Part shown: piece after piece, positions 1-12,063 of the stretch | Numbering within the stretch: the stretch's first letter is position 1 | Layout: each line of letters opens with the position of its first letter | From: Amoebophrya sp. A120 | Lineage: Eukaryota; Protista; Dinoflagellata | Assembly (NCBI GenBank): GCA_905178155.1 | Contig: CAJINV010000001.1 | Coordinates: forward strand, 8,463,599 to 8,527,598 | Direction of reading: 5' to 3' | Length of the DNA: 64,000 nt | Translations under genes and position numbers: made by a program | Notes under the pieces: generated by a model | What the model was told of the DNA's origin: nothing | The model's database searches: none | Seen by the model: only the letters and a program-made list of their open reading frames with translations

Positions 1-1110
1 CGTCGTGGTCGTCACCGTCGTGGTGGTCGTGGTGGTGGTGGTGGGCAGTGCCACAAACCGCTCCGGGTCGTACGGGACCAGGTTCCCGTCCACCATCCGC
101 AACCCGGGGCCCGCCGCCCCCGCCGCCCCCTGGCCCTCCTGCGCCGCGTAAAAGTTGCCGTACAGCGCCGCCTCCAGGTACGGCCGCATGCGGATCCGCC
201 CGCCCTTCAGCGCCAGGTCCTCCTCGAACGCGTACGCGATCGCGTCGTGGATTATCAGCGCGTTCTCGTACGTGTCAACGCCCACGAGCTGAATGCGGAA
301 GGAGTGGAACTTGGCGAGGGGATATCAAACGCAAAATTCGATCGATGTTTCTGCGATCTACGGATCACTCATGAGGTAATACTTTGTGATGCGCAACAGC
401 TCGTAGGCGCCTTGGAGACTATTGGCAAAGAAGTGCTGTCACGGAGGACGAGATCAGTTCTTTTACACTTTACATGATGGTTGGGCCCTTCTTTGGAAAA
501 ATATTTGACCCGAGCTACTTCCGGTGCATGCAGGATGTATAACGTCGTACAAAAATGTAAGTAAGGCATTTCTACTTCGCACAGAAACCACATCAAATTT
601 TGCATTTCATAACGTTTCCCCGTCTGCTTTAGGACCGGGTGGCACACAGATGCTTTCCGGGCTAAGAGCGAACATACCGTATTCGGTGGCGTCCAGGAAA
701 CCGTCTTGAGTCGCATCGATGCAGGTAAACAGTTTCTGCGCAAACGCCATGCGTTCGTTACTTAGATCACCGCCGAAATACTCCGCCTTTTGGAACTCAC
801 TCAGCTCAATTCTTGTGGCCGGGTTTGATATGGGGCCGCTTACAAGTCCGATATCCGAGGAGGGGTTTGAGGTTCCGATATCCGCGTAGGTCGGCAATGT
901 GGTCGGCAGCTGCGCAAGCAAGTTCGTGAGCGACACCGTGTAGGTTAGGCTGACCACATCCCAGGTGTGCTTGCAGTCACAGAACTATACTCAAGCAAAC
1001 CGCGCGAGTCGGTCCTGTGATAAGAACGTACCTCGTTAAATGCATCTTCGTCCACCTCTGCTTGACAGCGGCAGAGGATTCCGTCCTCGGAGCCTTTGAT
1101 ATTCAGTGGC
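1..1110 (-). CDS. Downstream exons of a minus-strand gene (EF-hand-like loop, Gly-rich stretch, poly-Thr tract); runs off the window and possibly continues the 1989-aa ORF
   Basis: An exon ending ...CRCQAEVDEDAFNE|gtacgt splices GT-AG to tatag|FCDCKHTWDVVSLTY (ORF 607-957, containing DATQDGFLDATEY). Positions ~120-1 read AGPGLRMVDGNLVPYDPERFVALPTTTTTTTTTVTTT. Confidence 0.55.
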
Positions 1111-1293
1111 TGTGCAAAGATTATTTTGTGCGAATATGTCGACTACCGCATGACAAAATTCTTCAACTTCCATGGTACGCCTATAAGGCAAAAACAAGGA
1201 AAACGACCGTGCAAGAAGAAAGTGTGGACCACCACTTCTGGATCGTCTTTCCACAAGTGCAACAATGACCAGGGTAATTATATCTATTTGTCA

Positions 1294-4200
1294 TCACTGA
1301 GACCGCGCAGCGCGCTTCTTCTCCAACTTGCATAACAAACTGTAATCCACTGGTCGCCCGGTCGAGGACGTCGCTGCGGGCGTCGTGCCCACCAGGCCAC
1401 ACTTCGCCGCGTAAGAGGACCCCATGTCCGGGTCCGGCCACACTTGGTACTGCCCGTGGGTGAGAAAGGGGCCCGCGAACAGCGGGTTGAACGGCTGCTC
1501 CGACCCGTAAATCGGGTCCCGGCGGAAAAAGTTGTACATGGCCAAGGCGATCGCGCGCCCGAGGTTTTGCCCCGCGACGAGGCCGAGGTAGTCGTCCGTG
1601 CAGCCGGCCACGGCGAGCAGCAGCTGTAGCCGGAACCGGACGCCGAACGGGTTGTCCGCCTGCTTCGACAGCACAAACGTGCCGGTGGGGTCGTAGGTTT
1701 GCATCTGCAGCAGCCCCGCGGACGGAAAGGGCTGCACCGTCAGCGTCCGCTGAAAGGCCGTCGGATCCCCCAGCTGCTGGTAGATCACGACCGGGGCCTG
1801 GAAACAGCACGGCTTCGGCACCCGCTCGCCGGCGGCGTCCACAATCATGTATTTCCCGTCGGGCACGAAAAGGCGGGGCTCCCCGTCCGCGACCGTCGCA
1901 TTCGTTGTCCACTTTTCCAGTGCGCGCGCAACCACGTACTCCAGGTGCTTGTTTTCGCGTGCCTGGCTGTCGGCGTCCAAACTCGGCGCACCAGGTGCCA
2001 AGTAGTCCACCGCCCCGGCAAACTCGAGCGCGGCTTTCACTTCCTCGGCCCCCGCCGCGGTGGGAAAGCCGGCAATCTCCACGTAGAAGTCGCTGTACGG
2101 AGTAGACCCGCCTTGCAAAGCCTGGGCGCACTTCGTATCGAGGACGCGGTACTGGTTGAAGTGCGGCAGGAACGGGTGCGTCAGCTTACTGCGCAGCACC
2201 GTGTCTACGTAGCTCTTCAGCGCCAACAGCAGTGGCACGCCCACCTTCCGCTTCAAATACAGGTTTTGCCCGGTGCCGCCCAGGTCAAAGACGCGGTTGT
2301 CGTCGCAGTTTCGGACCGCGTGGTCCGGGTGAAACACGAGTTTCAAACCGATGTGCACCGCCAGCGTGTACAGCTTGCCCACCGGGTCCAGCGGCGCGCC
2401 CGCGTCGCTCGTGGCGCTCACCACCGTGTCCATCGCCTGCCACTCCGCCGTCGGGTTGTGCGCCGCGTACAGGACCGCGTACGTGTCCGGGGCGGGAATG
2501 AGCGCGGTCGCGCCCACGGCGGGCTGGATGTCGGAAAAGGTCGCGTACGCCACCACCGCGGGGTACCGGTAGCCGGGGTGGTTCCGCAGGTAGCCGCCGT
2601 GCCACTTCCAGATCGTGTAGTTCCGCGTGGGCTCCACGTACATCACGGTCGCGGCGCGGCCCCCGGAGCCGCCGCCGCGGTTCCAGACGTTGGCGCGGAT
2701 TTCCGCCGTCGTGGCGTCCGCCGTTTTGCCGACCCCGACCACGAGGTAGTCGTCAAACGTCTGCACCAGGTGCCGCCAGGGGGATTCCTTCACCAGCCAG
2801 GAGTTTTGCGCGAGCCAGGTGTCGGGCAGCGCGTCGTCCCGCCACTCCACGATCTCCTGCAGCGCGAGCGCCAGCTCTTCCGCGCTCTTCTGGCGCCAGA
2901 ACGGACCAATCTCGAACCGGAAGGGACCCTGGGGCGCCATGATTTGGTCCACGCGGCGGTGAAACCGGCGGCACGGCGCAAGCATGGAGGTGACCTGGAT
3001 GTGGCTGCGCGTCAACGAGTTTAGCAAGCGTGTGCTCAGCGGCCAACTTGGAGCCCACCGCTTGCTTTCCGGGGACAGCGTGTCGTACACCAGGCGGCTG
3101 CCCTGCGGGATTTGCGGGCTCGGCGACCCATACATGAGCAGAAACTGGTACAAAGCCTCGGACAGCCGGGGGCCCAGCGTGTCCACGAACCACTGCTTGC
3201 CGCCCTCGGCGTCCGGGCTGTCCAACGGCGGGCACTTCGCGTCGGCCACCCCGAAGTCGATCCGGATCTCCAGCTCGACGCGGTACTGCGAGTAGCTACT
3301 GCCGGGCTTGTTCGCTACTAACATTTGCGCAAAGTCCTTCTTGGAGTCGGCCCGAGCGCCGGCCTGCGCCTCCCGGAACTTTGCCTGCACCAAGTTCGGG
3401 GCGTAGTAGCTGGCTCCGAGGCCAAGGGGAACCATCCGGCCCCACCGGGTCCGCCCCCCGTTGAGAGGGTCGCCCGCGTAGTAGCTGGACCGAAAGCCGA
3501 GGCAGAACATCTCCCACCAATTTTGGTTCGCGGCCGGGATGCCGCCCGGGTAAGGGGCCCGCACGCCGAGATCGACCTTGTTGTCGGCTTTGGCCTGCTG
3601 CCACGGCAGCGATTCGTCTAGCCCGGCGGTCAGGTGCCGCCACACCATGAACACCCCGGTCCGGGTGACGGGCACGTTTCTGGCGGACACATCCCCTATG
3701 GCCATGTCGTACACTCTCCGCTGCCACAGCGAGTGCCAAAATAGCCGCTGCATCTGCTCCACGGCTGCGAGGTCCGGCACGCCCGTGATCTGCAGGTAGA
3801 AATACATCTCTTCCTGATTGGCGTCGGACTGGGGGCAGCTCGCGCCAATCACATTGACCTGGTCCGGAGAGAGCAGCCATCGCTGCTTCATACTGGGCTT
3901 CCAGTTGATCTCCGCGTCATTGGTAAAGTAGTCGTACCAGCCTTTCGCCAGCCCCGGTCCCATGGTTGCGTTCAATGCAAAGTGGTTTTTGAAGTTCCGA
4001 CCCGGTGGCGTTACCGCCCCGCCAGCAGCAATCGCGCCCAGGGCCACAAGATCCAGAGGCGGGTCCTCGGCGTCATCGACCATGTCAATGGTACCGCCGC
4101 CGCAAATGCCACTCACATCGCTGACTTGGTAGTCGAACTGCATCAAGAACTTGAAGCCTGGGTCCGTGAACGCGGCCTGCGGCACCGCCAGCGCGGGCTG

Positions 4201-7200
4201 CTGCGGGCTCGTGGCGGAGAGCGCGATCTCGCTGCTCGAGTTTTGAAAGTTGGTCTTCGCGTACCACGGCAGCAGAACGTCGTCTCGCGGCGTCCGCTCG
4301 ACAAGGACCTTGCACTTCTCTTTTTGCTGCTCCGCGGTGGACGGCGCGGCGAAGTTCGCGGCGGACACGACGCCCGGTCGCGCCTGCGTGCAACTGACGT
4401 AGACGGCAATGTTGGTGCTGTTCTCCAGCCAGAGGTTACCGTCGCCCGAACCCGGCACGGACATGTTGAAGCCGACCTGCGAAAAACCGGGCGCGGTGAA
4501 CGACGCGTCGGGCGTTGTGGTCGACCCCAACGACACGCCGAACGGTGTATCGTCCGTGAACTGAATTTGCAGCGTCTGTACATCACTGAGGGAATTGGAA
4601 GCTGTGGTCGAAAAACCCTCTCGGGCGGTGGTGTACAACCCGGGCTTGGCGTGACCCGCCCACGCGGACGAGGCGGACGACACCGTTTGGAACTGCAGGT
4701 CGCGGATCCACTCGTTTTCGATCTGCTTCTGCTCCTCCTCGACCAGGTAGTCCGGCTGGTAGAAGTCCCGCGCTTGCGTGCGGTCCGGGAGCGACCCGAG
4801 TTCCTTCATGTTCCGCGGCACCAGCCGCTTGGACAGGCGCCACTGCATCGCGGCCTCCATGAATTCGTCTCCCTGCCGCCCCGTGCTACCGGACGGCGGC
4901 ATCGAGGCGGAAAACCGGCCGAAATTCGCCATCAGGTGATCCAGGTCCGGATGCTTCTTCAAGCAAGACGAGTCGCACACCTGGCCGTTGACGAGGAAAC
5001 CGGCGGTCAGGCCGCCCTTGCGCACGTGGCCGAAGGGCTGCGCCCCGGTTCCCCAGTGGTGCCGCAAGTTCAGCGTCGCGAGCGTCTCCACGCAGTCGCC
5101 GGGGTACTCTCCCTCGACAACGCTGTTGGTCACGTTCCGGCACACCCGCACGCGCGCAAAGTAGCCGGGGTGTGGCGCCGTGGACTGGTAGGCCTTCTGG
5201 TCCGCGTCGGTCGCTGGATAGCTGCCGCCAACCGCCGCGTCCACCGGAATGACGCCCGGGGGCGGCATGGGCGTTGGCACGGGCACGAGCTGCTCCGCAC
5301 CCACAATCTCCTGGAAGATGTCGCGCAGTTCGCGTTCCAAGCCCTGCGTGCTGTTCACGGGGTCTTTGTCGTACCGCTCCAGCCCCGAAGAGAATACGCG
5401 TCGCCAAACCCCCGGCCGCGGACCGCAGTCTGTGCAGTCGGTCCCACGCGGGCAGGTGAACCGCAAACTGCCGAGTGCGGGCTTTACCGACGTAAAATGA
5501 CCCGCCTGCGTGGCCGTGGGCGCTCCCGCGACGTGTTCCGCGGTCTCCTCCTCGCAGATGCCGTTCTGCGCCGTGGGGCAGGTGTCACTGCACCCGGGCA
5601 GCTCCCCGAAGCACTGCGACTGGACGCCCGCGGTGAAAGGGGGCGCCCCCTGTCGGTGGTCCGTGTTCTCCCCGCACATTCCGTACGTGAGCACGGCGCC
5701 CGTTTGCGGCGTCATTCGCGCCTCGTTCACGACGAACGCGGGGTGCTCGCTACCGCTCGTCAAGCCGAGGCGCAGCGCCTCGTGGCAGTGCAGCGGGTAG
5801 CTCGGGCCGTCCCACTTCCCCGTGCGGCGGTACAGAATGCTCGCGTCGTGCTCGTAGTGGCCCCCGAGACCCATGACCCCGTTGGTCCGAAACGTGTTCT
5901 GCGTCGGCGTGTTCTCGCAAAACCCGTGCGCCTCGCGGCAGTAGGGATAGTCCTTGTGGAAGCAGACCCGGTTGTGGTAGGCGGGCCCGCACCGGGGCCG
6001 GTCGCCGCCCGTGGACGCATCCGGGACCGCGGGCTCGGGACAAGCGAACGGACCGATTTCCTTCAAATACAGATCCTCCAGCTGCGTCCAGGCCGAGCAC
6101 ACCGGGGTGCCGAACCCGAAGCTCCACGTGTCGTTCGCGGATTGCAGCACCGTAGCGACGTCGTCCTTGGTGCTTTTGATTCGGTGCGCGAACACGGTCG
6201 GGACCACCAGCTTGTACGGCCGTGCGATGCTAAGTGTTGGGAGCGTGTTGGATAGATAAAACCCCTGGCACCGGTCGTCTTTGTCGCATTGGTCGCGCAC
6301 GAAACGCAGCGCGTCCGGGTACTGCGACACCGGGGTGTCGGCCGCGGCGGAAACCGCGGTCGGATGCTCTCCGCAGGCACCGGCCGCGGTGCTCGGCCCG
6401 CGCACGTACCGCCCGTCGTATTTGCTGTTCGACACATCCCGACCGGTGCTGTCCTGGCAGCCGCCGACGCTGCCCATCAGGTTGGCGCGGTACCCATCCA
6501 AGTGGTACACCGGCTGCGCATCGCGCCACGCGAGCGCGTCCGTGGCCGCGAGGAACGCGAGGTCGTCCATTTTCTGTTCTGCGGCTTGGGCCGTTTTCTG
6601 GCAGGAGCCCCCCTGCTTGGACGCGGTTATGGCGTGGTGGCACCGCTTCCGGTCCGCGCTGCAGCGAACCCCGAAGTACAGAGTTCCTTCGCTGGAAGTG
6701 CCAGACCTCGTCCGACACTCGCTGCAACTGGAGCTACCACTGCACGCGGCGGTGAGGATAGGAATCGTGGTGCTTCTAGAGCGGTAGCGGTGGCAATTCT
6801 GGTGATTCACGCTGTACTCGCGGAGGCACATCTTGAATTCCTCCAGATGCGTGTACGAGATGTGCATATCCTCGGAACGGTCCACCACGTTTACCTGGCG
6901 GTAGGTAAAGTCCTTCATGAACTTGCAGGGGTTGCTTTGGCAGGAGGGCAATGACAAGCTCCGCCTCTTCTCAGGTGCTTCGCTGGCTGCGTGGTGCTGC
7001 AGTTCAATTGTTCCGGAAGTTGTTTCAACATCTTCGCGTAGCATATAATTATTCCAAGTATTATTACTTGTGGTCGCTCGGAGCTGTACATCAAGACCTT
7101 CTTGCGGCAGCTCTCCGGCTGCGGCATTCGCACCAAGGCGTAGAAGAAGATGCGCGTGAAAGAAAAAGCTGCATGCGTGCCACAACAGTGAAGGGTGAGC

Positions 7201-7263
7201 CGGAACCCGCCGGCGCCTCTGGGCTTTCCAATTCTTCATGTTCATGCAAAGTACGGTGATCAT
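1294..7263 (-). CDS. Large (1989 aa) uncharacterised, probably secreted/surface protein with Cys-rich N-terminal modules
   Basis: Uninterrupted 6-kb ORF with strong GC3 bias, a hydrophobic N-terminal segment and Cys clusters (e.g. RCGPAYHNRVC..YPYC..HGFC; CSDTCPTAQNGICEE..CPRGTDCTDCGPR). Confidence 0.85.
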   Translation of the reverse strand: MITVLCMNMKNWKAQRRRRVPAHPSLLWHACSFFFHAHLLLRLGANAAAGELPQEGLDVQLRATTSNNTWNNYMLREDVETTSGTIELQHHAASEAPEKRRSLSLPSCQSNPCKFMKDFTYRQVNVVDRSEDMHISYTHLEEFKMCLREYSVNHQNCHRYRSRSTTIPILTAACSGSSSCSECRTRSGTSSEGTLYFGVRCSADRKRCHHAITASKQGGSCQKTAQAAEQKMDDLAFLAATDALAWRDAQPVYHLDGYRANLMGSVGGCQDSTGRDVSNSKYDGRYVRGPSTAAGACGEHPTAVSAAADTPVSQYPDALRFVRDQCDKDDRCQGFYLSNTLPTLSIARPYKLVVPTVFAHRIKSTKDDVATVLQSANDTWSFGFGTPVCSAWTQLEDLYLKEIGPFACPEPAVPDASTGGDRPRCGPAYHNRVCFHKDYPYCREAHGFCENTPTQNTFRTNGVMGLGGHYEHDASILYRRTGKWDGPSYPLHCHEALRLGLTSGSEHPAFVVNEARMTPQTGAVLTYGMCGENTDHRQGAPPFTAGVQSQCFGELPGCSDTCPTAQNGICEEETAEHVAGAPTATQAGHFTSVKPALGSLRFTCPRGTDCTDCGPRPGVWRRVFSSGLERYDKDPVNSTQGLERELRDIFQEIVGAEQLVPVPTPMPPPGVIPVDAAVGGSYPATDADQKAYQSTAPHPGYFARVRVCRNVTNSVVEGEYPGDCVETLATLNLRHHWGTGAQPFGHVRKGGLTAGFLVNGQVCDSSCLKKHPDLDHLMANFGRFSASMPPSGSTGRQGDEFMEAAMQWRLSKRLVPRNMKELGSLPDRTQARDFYQPDYLVEEEQKQIENEWIRDLQFQTVSSASSAWAGHAKPGLYTTAREGFSTTASNSLSDVQTLQIQFTDDTPFGVSLGSTTTPDASFTAPGFSQVGFNMSVPGSGDGNLWLENSTNIAVYVSCTQARPGVVSAANFAAPSTAEQQKEKCKVLVERTPRDDVLLPWYAKTNFQNSSSEIALSATSPQQPALAVPQAAFTDPGFKFLMQFDYQVSDVSGICGGGTIDMVDDAEDPPLDLVALGAIAAGGAVTPPGRNFKNHFALNATMGPGLAKGWYDYFTNDAEINWKPSMKQRWLLSPDQVNVIGASCPQSDANQEEMYFYLQITGVPDLAAVEQMQRLFWHSLWQRRVYDMAIGDVSARNVPVTRTGVFMVWRHLTAGLDESLPWQQAKADNKVDLGVRAPYPGGIPAANQNWWEMFCLGFRSSYYAGDPLNGGRTRWGRMVPLGLGASYYAPNLVQAKFREAQAGARADSKKDFAQMLVANKPGSSYSQYRVELEIRIDFGVADAKCPPLDSPDAEGGKQWFVDTLGPRLSEALYQFLLMYGSPSPQIPQGSRLVYDTLSPESKRWAPSWPLSTRLLNSLTRSHIQVTSMLAPCRRFHRRVDQIMAPQGPFRFEIGPFWRQKSAEELALALQEIVEWRDDALPDTWLAQNSWLVKESPWRHLVQTFDDYLVVGVGKTADATTAEIRANVWNRGGGSGGRAATVMYVEPTRNYTIWKWHGGYLRNHPGYRYPAVVAYATFSDIQPAVGATALIPAPDTYAVLYAAHNPTAEWQAMDTVVSATSDAGAPLDPVGKLYTLAVHIGLKLVFHPDHAVRNCDDNRVFDLGGTGQNLYLKRKVGVPLLLALKSYVDTVLRSKLTHPFLPHFNQYRVLDTKCAQALQGGSTPYSDFYVEIAGFPTAAGAEEVKAALEFAGAVDYLAPGAPSLDADSQARENKHLEYVVARALEKWTTNATVADGEPRLFVPDGKYMIVDAAGERVPKPCCFQAPVVIYQQLGDPTAFQRTLTVQPFPSAGLLQMQTYDPTGTFVLSKQADNPFGVRFRLQLLLAVAGCTDDYLGLVAGQNLGRAIALAMYNFFRRDPIYGSEQPFNPLFAGPFLTHGQYQVWPDPDMGSSYAAKCGLVGTTPAATSSTGRPVDYSLLCKLEKKRAARSQ

Positions 7264-8526
7264 GCTACTAGCGGTAATGTCAATAGTGCTCGAGTATGAA
7301 TTCAGAAATGAGGGAAAATATCATGGAGTCTAGGGGTCATGCTTACATACCATGCTTGCATAAGTACTCAACCGACCCCCCCTCTATGGCCGCCAGGAGG
7401 AAATAAAATATTGTGGTGCATCATGGGTCAAATACGAATTATTCAAATGATACAGGTTAAAGAGTGTGTTTCTTGAATGAGTTGGTGGCCAGCACCTGTG
7501 TGTAGAAGTCAAAAATTGAGCGGTCAAAAATAACGAACTAACATGGCTGCTAAACGAAGAGAATCAAAACAGGCACCGACACACGTTTACGAGGAAACAC
7601 CGACGGGCAGACTTCAGCTTTCACGCGGCTGTCACCGAAAGTGATATTCACGACACTGTGTGATAAGTAGCACGAAATGAAGAACCGAGCAGACACCAGC
7701 TGGTGCTTTCTTGCGAAACCAAAACCGAGTAGAAGTTTTGTACATTTCGGGAAAGATGACCGAAAGCATTTACAGGAGCACACCGATAATTTTTCGCGTT
7801 CTTATTCCAAAGAAGCCGAATGAGCTGTGCAAACGCTCGAATTCCGTGCTGACAAGGAAGATCATGATTACGTTTCCGCAAAGCAGTACCGATACGTTCA
7901 GAAAGACCGATCCACATGCACAACGAAGATTGCAGCAGGAAAAAACAACGAGTAGAGCGTTGCTCCCCTTGCTCATCAAAAAGACACAGCTACTGCTTGC
8001 ATCAGTTGTGGTCGACAACTTGTCGCTCGAGATGCATATGAGCACGACCTCTGAGTTTACACTACTGTGCTGATACTTTTTTCAAGAAGACAAGATGCAA
8101 ACATATCAAAATCATATCAAGAAGATGAAACTTGTTCTTTCTGTATGGTTTCATTGAAACTGAAACATCATAAAACCGAAACTGGGGTTGCAATAAACTG
8201 GGATGATTCGAAGCAATACTGGGCAAAACTGCTTCAAGACAATAACTCTAGCTCCGTGTGCTGCAGCTTTTCCAGGCACTGGGCGAGGTCCTCTCGCAAC
8301 TGCTCGCATCCCGGAACGTCAGCGCGCCCGCTCGCACACGCCTTGCTGCCGGACTTTGACGCGGACCTTTTGGTTCCGAAAAAACCGCATTCGAGAGGGC
8401 AAACGCCTCGTCCACTATAAAAGCCGCAGCACCCGAGTGCGCTAAGGAGCATGTAGCTCATGCGATTCGTAAATATGAAATCTTTATCACTATTCAAACT
8501 GTACAATGTCAGAGTCATTTTAGTGC

Positions 8527-9891
8527 TTACCTCTCCGACGCCTCCTCGTCCTTGGCAGTGCTGCTCTTCAGCAGCTCGACGCAGCTGCGCTCTTCTCGGG
8601 TCCACGACTCGGGTCGTGCGTAGAAAAGCTTTTTGGAATTGGTCACCACGCCCAGAAAGTGCTTGTTTTTTTCCGGAAACGCCAAGGCGTCATCCACTTC
8701 CTGGGCTCGTTTCATACTGCCCTTCTCGTGCGCGGCCTTGTACAGTCTCTGCGAGAAGTGCGACTGGAGCAGCGTTGGCCGCTGCTCCTGATTGTTGTGC
8801 CCCGTAGCCGCGGTCGTGGCCGGTCGGTCAGCGTGTTCCGTCAACCAAAATCGGTCATCTCCGAGGTTGCCGGCGGTGGAAGACTGGTCGTTGCTGGAGC
8901 ACGTTCGGTGCTTGCTCTCCGAGCGTATCATCGCGTTCACGAAGAGACCTTGTGCGTTGGTCACCGTCAGAGGCGACGTGGTTGTGGAGACCGGTAATGG
9001 GTTGATGTTCTGCCTTCTGTTGTTACCCGAACTACGAGAAGTTGCAGCCCCCATCTTGCTCTTATCGCAGCTGCCGCGGTTGGTCGCCAGGTCCTTCAGC
9101 AGCCGGCGGCCCTGTGTCCGCGCGTACAGGTTGGCGAGCCGCGTAGTCGGAAGTTGCTTGCGCGTGCGGGCCTGCGCGCGAACCGGGTCGGGCGCCAGGG
9201 TGGTGCCCGCCTCTTCCAGCGTCGGAAACACCAGGTTGCCGTCTTCGTCCCGGTAGAAAGTGGCCACTTGCCCCGCTACGGCACCGGCGAGACCGAGCGG
9301 GCTTGGTTGCCGAACCGCCGGGAGCGGCGGGGAAACCTTGTTTGAGGAAGAAAGATTAGCGTAATTTCCACTGCTGTCTGTCGATCCGCGCAAAGTTTCA
9401 GCAAAGTTTGAACAACTGTTGCTCAACGCGTCTGGAGGTTCCTCTACACTCGAGTCAGCGTAAGTGCGGAAACGCGGCGCCGGGACTCCGGCTGGAAAAT
9501 TTTGTAGCATCTTGCTGGTTCCGAGGGAAGTACTGCGGTTATTTTGTCGGCCGTGGTTCAATGACAGGTCGGTGTTGATGGTCAGAGATTTCGGACTCTG
9601 GAAGCACAGCGGATGGCACTTTCGCTTGTCAAAGTGCCGAAGGAAGTCTTGTGTCAATCCAAACAGCATTTGGTCTTCCAGATAGTTTCGTGGCTCTGCA
9701 GTAGCGCCGCCTGCGACGGCCGGTGGCTCCGCCGGCGGAGCAGAATCAGTTGCGCCCGGTCGTTTATCTGGCGACTCGCCAACGGTAGCGGGTCGGTAGC
9801 GTCCGGGAAGGAGGTTCGGCCGGCTGAAGCCTGTGCGCTCCGGGCGCGGTCGCTTTTCCGCGGGTCTTCCTCTGGGTTGAAGCTGCCACAT
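8527..9891 (-). CDS. Hypothetical low-complexity protein (454 aa)
   Basis: Long ORF with coding-like composition; no recognisable domain. Confidence 0.55.
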   Translation of the reverse strand: MWQLQPRGRPAEKRPRPERTGFSRPNLLPGRYRPATVGESPDKRPGATDSAPPAEPPAVAGGATAEPRNYLEDQMLFGLTQDFLRHFDKRKCHPLCFQSPKSLTINTDLSLNHGRQNNRSTSLGTSKMLQNFPAGVPAPRFRTYADSSVEEPPDALSNSCSNFAETLRGSTDSSGNYANLSSSNKVSPPLPAVRQPSPLGLAGAVAGQVATFYRDEDGNLVFPTLEEAGTTLAPDPVRAQARTRKQLPTTRLANLYARTQGRRLLKDLATNRGSCDKSKMGAATSRSSGNNRRQNINPLPVSTTTSPLTVTNAQGLFVNAMIRSESKHRTCSSNDQSSTAGNLGDDRFWLTEHADRPATTAATGHNNQEQRPTLLQSHFSQRLYKAAHEKGSMKRAQEVDDALAFPEKNKHFLGVVTNSKKLFYARPESWTREERSCVELLKSSTAKDEEASER

Positions 9892-11053
9892 GATTTCTCA
9901 CGCGAACAACTTGAGTTCTGCTCGACGAGCGGGCTGCAAAGAGCTCCGATAGCACGACAAGAGTGCAGACAAAATAACTCGCACAACATAGCTAAACTTA
10001 TTCAGCAACAGAAACAAACAATATATCCGTCTCGCAAACTTTAGATGCCCAAAGAAAAAACGGAGGAAGTTCGTGCGGGAACACGACACAGGTTGATTAG
10101 CAGCTCTTTCGCGACGTTTCTGGATTTAGTTTGGCTAATTTTTGCCTATTTCCTAAAGCATTTCTGAATTGCTGACTGCCTTCGCGATGTTTTCGGATTT
10201 ACTTGGTGTCAATCACGTCCAGGTTTCCACTCACATTTGGTCAAGACACCTTTGAGTCGCTACCAGTTGAAGCCTATCGCGTCAAAAAATTTTGTCCACC
10301 CAGTTCGGGCTCCGAGTGGATAGTGTTCCGGTCCATGATGACCCATTGATTTTGATTGACGGGAAAAAACGTCGCTGCCCCATCCTGGTCCGCATAAACT
10401 CAACTTCCAAAAAGCACTCAAGTGTCCGAACCATCTTTCCTGGCACTACGGCAGCCGAAGAGAAGCGCTTTTCTGTGCGGGCCGCTGTTCCTCCCGGTTG
10501 TCGCATCCGCAACCCCAGGCCGCTCGAGTCTTTGGGGATACTACTTACCTTGACACGTTGCTCCATTTGCTTGCGCTGCTGCAGAAACTTGGGGAGGTGC
10601 TTGCAGTTGTGCTCGCTGTCCGTGCCAAGTGTCCACGTGGTGAATTTTCGAATGGAGGAACCGCGCACATTTGCCGACCCCCCGGAGCGCAAATCTCAAG
10701 AGGGGCGCTTGCCTTTGCGCGCATGCAACGTTGCGCGAGGCAGTTGCGGCCTTGCCACCGGTGCCACTGTTTCTCGTGTCATGGTTTGGTGTGCTGCCCA
10801 GCGCGGCGAACACGGCGAAGGACTGCGGACACCGCTCGCAAAACAATAACGACGATCACATTGCGGCTATATCGGGGCGCGCGCCGATGAAACAAACTCG
10901 CGGGCGTGAATATCGGCAGGCAAGAATGACAATGCGGCTGCGCCTTCTCCACTAGCACTTGCAGCGATTCACAGGCACTGATGATAGTACGCCGAGACCA
11001 ATCCCGGGCGCCCGCAAAGCCCGGTCGCGATCCCAGCGCACCGCCCCCCCGCG

Positions 11054-11411
11054 GGGTAGGGAGGGGGTGGGGAGGGGGTAGGGAGGGGGTAGGGAGGGGG
11101 TAGGGAGGGGGTAGGGAGGGGGTAGGGAGGGGGTAGGGAGGGGGTAGGGAGGGGGTAGGGAGGGGGTAGGGAGGGGGTAGGGAGGGGGTAGGGAGGGGGT
11201 AGGGAGGGGGTAGGGAGGGGGTAGGGAGGGGGTAGGGAGGGGGTAGGGAGGGGGTAGGGAGGGGGTAGGGAGGGGGTAGGGAGGGGGTAGGGAGGGGGTA
11301 GGGAGGGGGTAGGGAGGGGGTAGGGAGGGGGTAGGGAGGGGGTAGGGAGGGGGTAGGGAGGGGGTAGGGAGGGGGTAGGGAGGGGGTAGGGAGGGGGNGG
11401 GGGGGGGTAGG
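11054..11411 (+). repeat. G-rich 11-bp minisatellite (GGGGGTAGGGA)n, about 30 copies
   Basis: Near-perfect tandem array visible directly; an N at 11398 means the true length is uncertain. Confidence 0.97.
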
Positions 11412-12063
11412 AAGAGGAAATGCGGTAGGAAGAAGCCTGGCGAGGGAGGAAATGGTCTGAGGTCCGCAGTGTTCTTCTGTGGCATGTCAATAGCGCAGTC
11501 ATAGGCAAAGAATAGCGCGCGCGCTTTATTTTATGCACAAATTTACAGGTAGAGTATATACATACTCCACGAATTTTTGTATTTTTCAAAAATTGAAAAA
11601 TTTTCAAAAGTTAAAAAAATGCTTAATATTACAAAAGAATGCACAGAGAAACTAAGACGAGGGGCCCACGATGCATTTTTCTTGTCATTGTCATTATTTT
11701 TTTCAGAAAATACATTGTATATTCATAATTTCTGGCGGAATTGAAAAGGCTAAAAATTTCGACTTTGTGAAAATTTTCGGGAAGCTGTGGAATTGCAAGG
11801 AATTTACTTGTAAAATTGCAAGCCTTCCAATGCGTTTTATGTTTTCAAACAATTAGCATTGTAGTGATATACTACAAGTAGGCATATGTGAACACTTTGA
11901 AAATTTTTGAAAATATCTATTTTAACAATTTTCATTTTTACCTTAATACAAAACGCCAAGAGATCACCTATGTAGATAGCGCATTACATATATGCTCACT
12001 AGCATTAGTGTGCTACTTTAAAACTTAAGCTTCTAGCTTTTTTCTTTTTTCGAAAAATTTTGA

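Noticed and set aside
1699-6954. Long + strand ORFs (441, 757 and 221 aa)
   Set aside because: They are antisense shadows of the GC3-rich 1989-aa gene.
11054-11411. Telomere
   Set aside because: The unit is GGGGGTAGGGA rather than TTTAGGG/TTAGGG, and the array is internal.
10952-11607. Pro-rich ORFs (PPPYPLPTPSL)n
   Set aside because: These are translations of the 11-bp G-rich minisatellite, with the same peptide in several frames.
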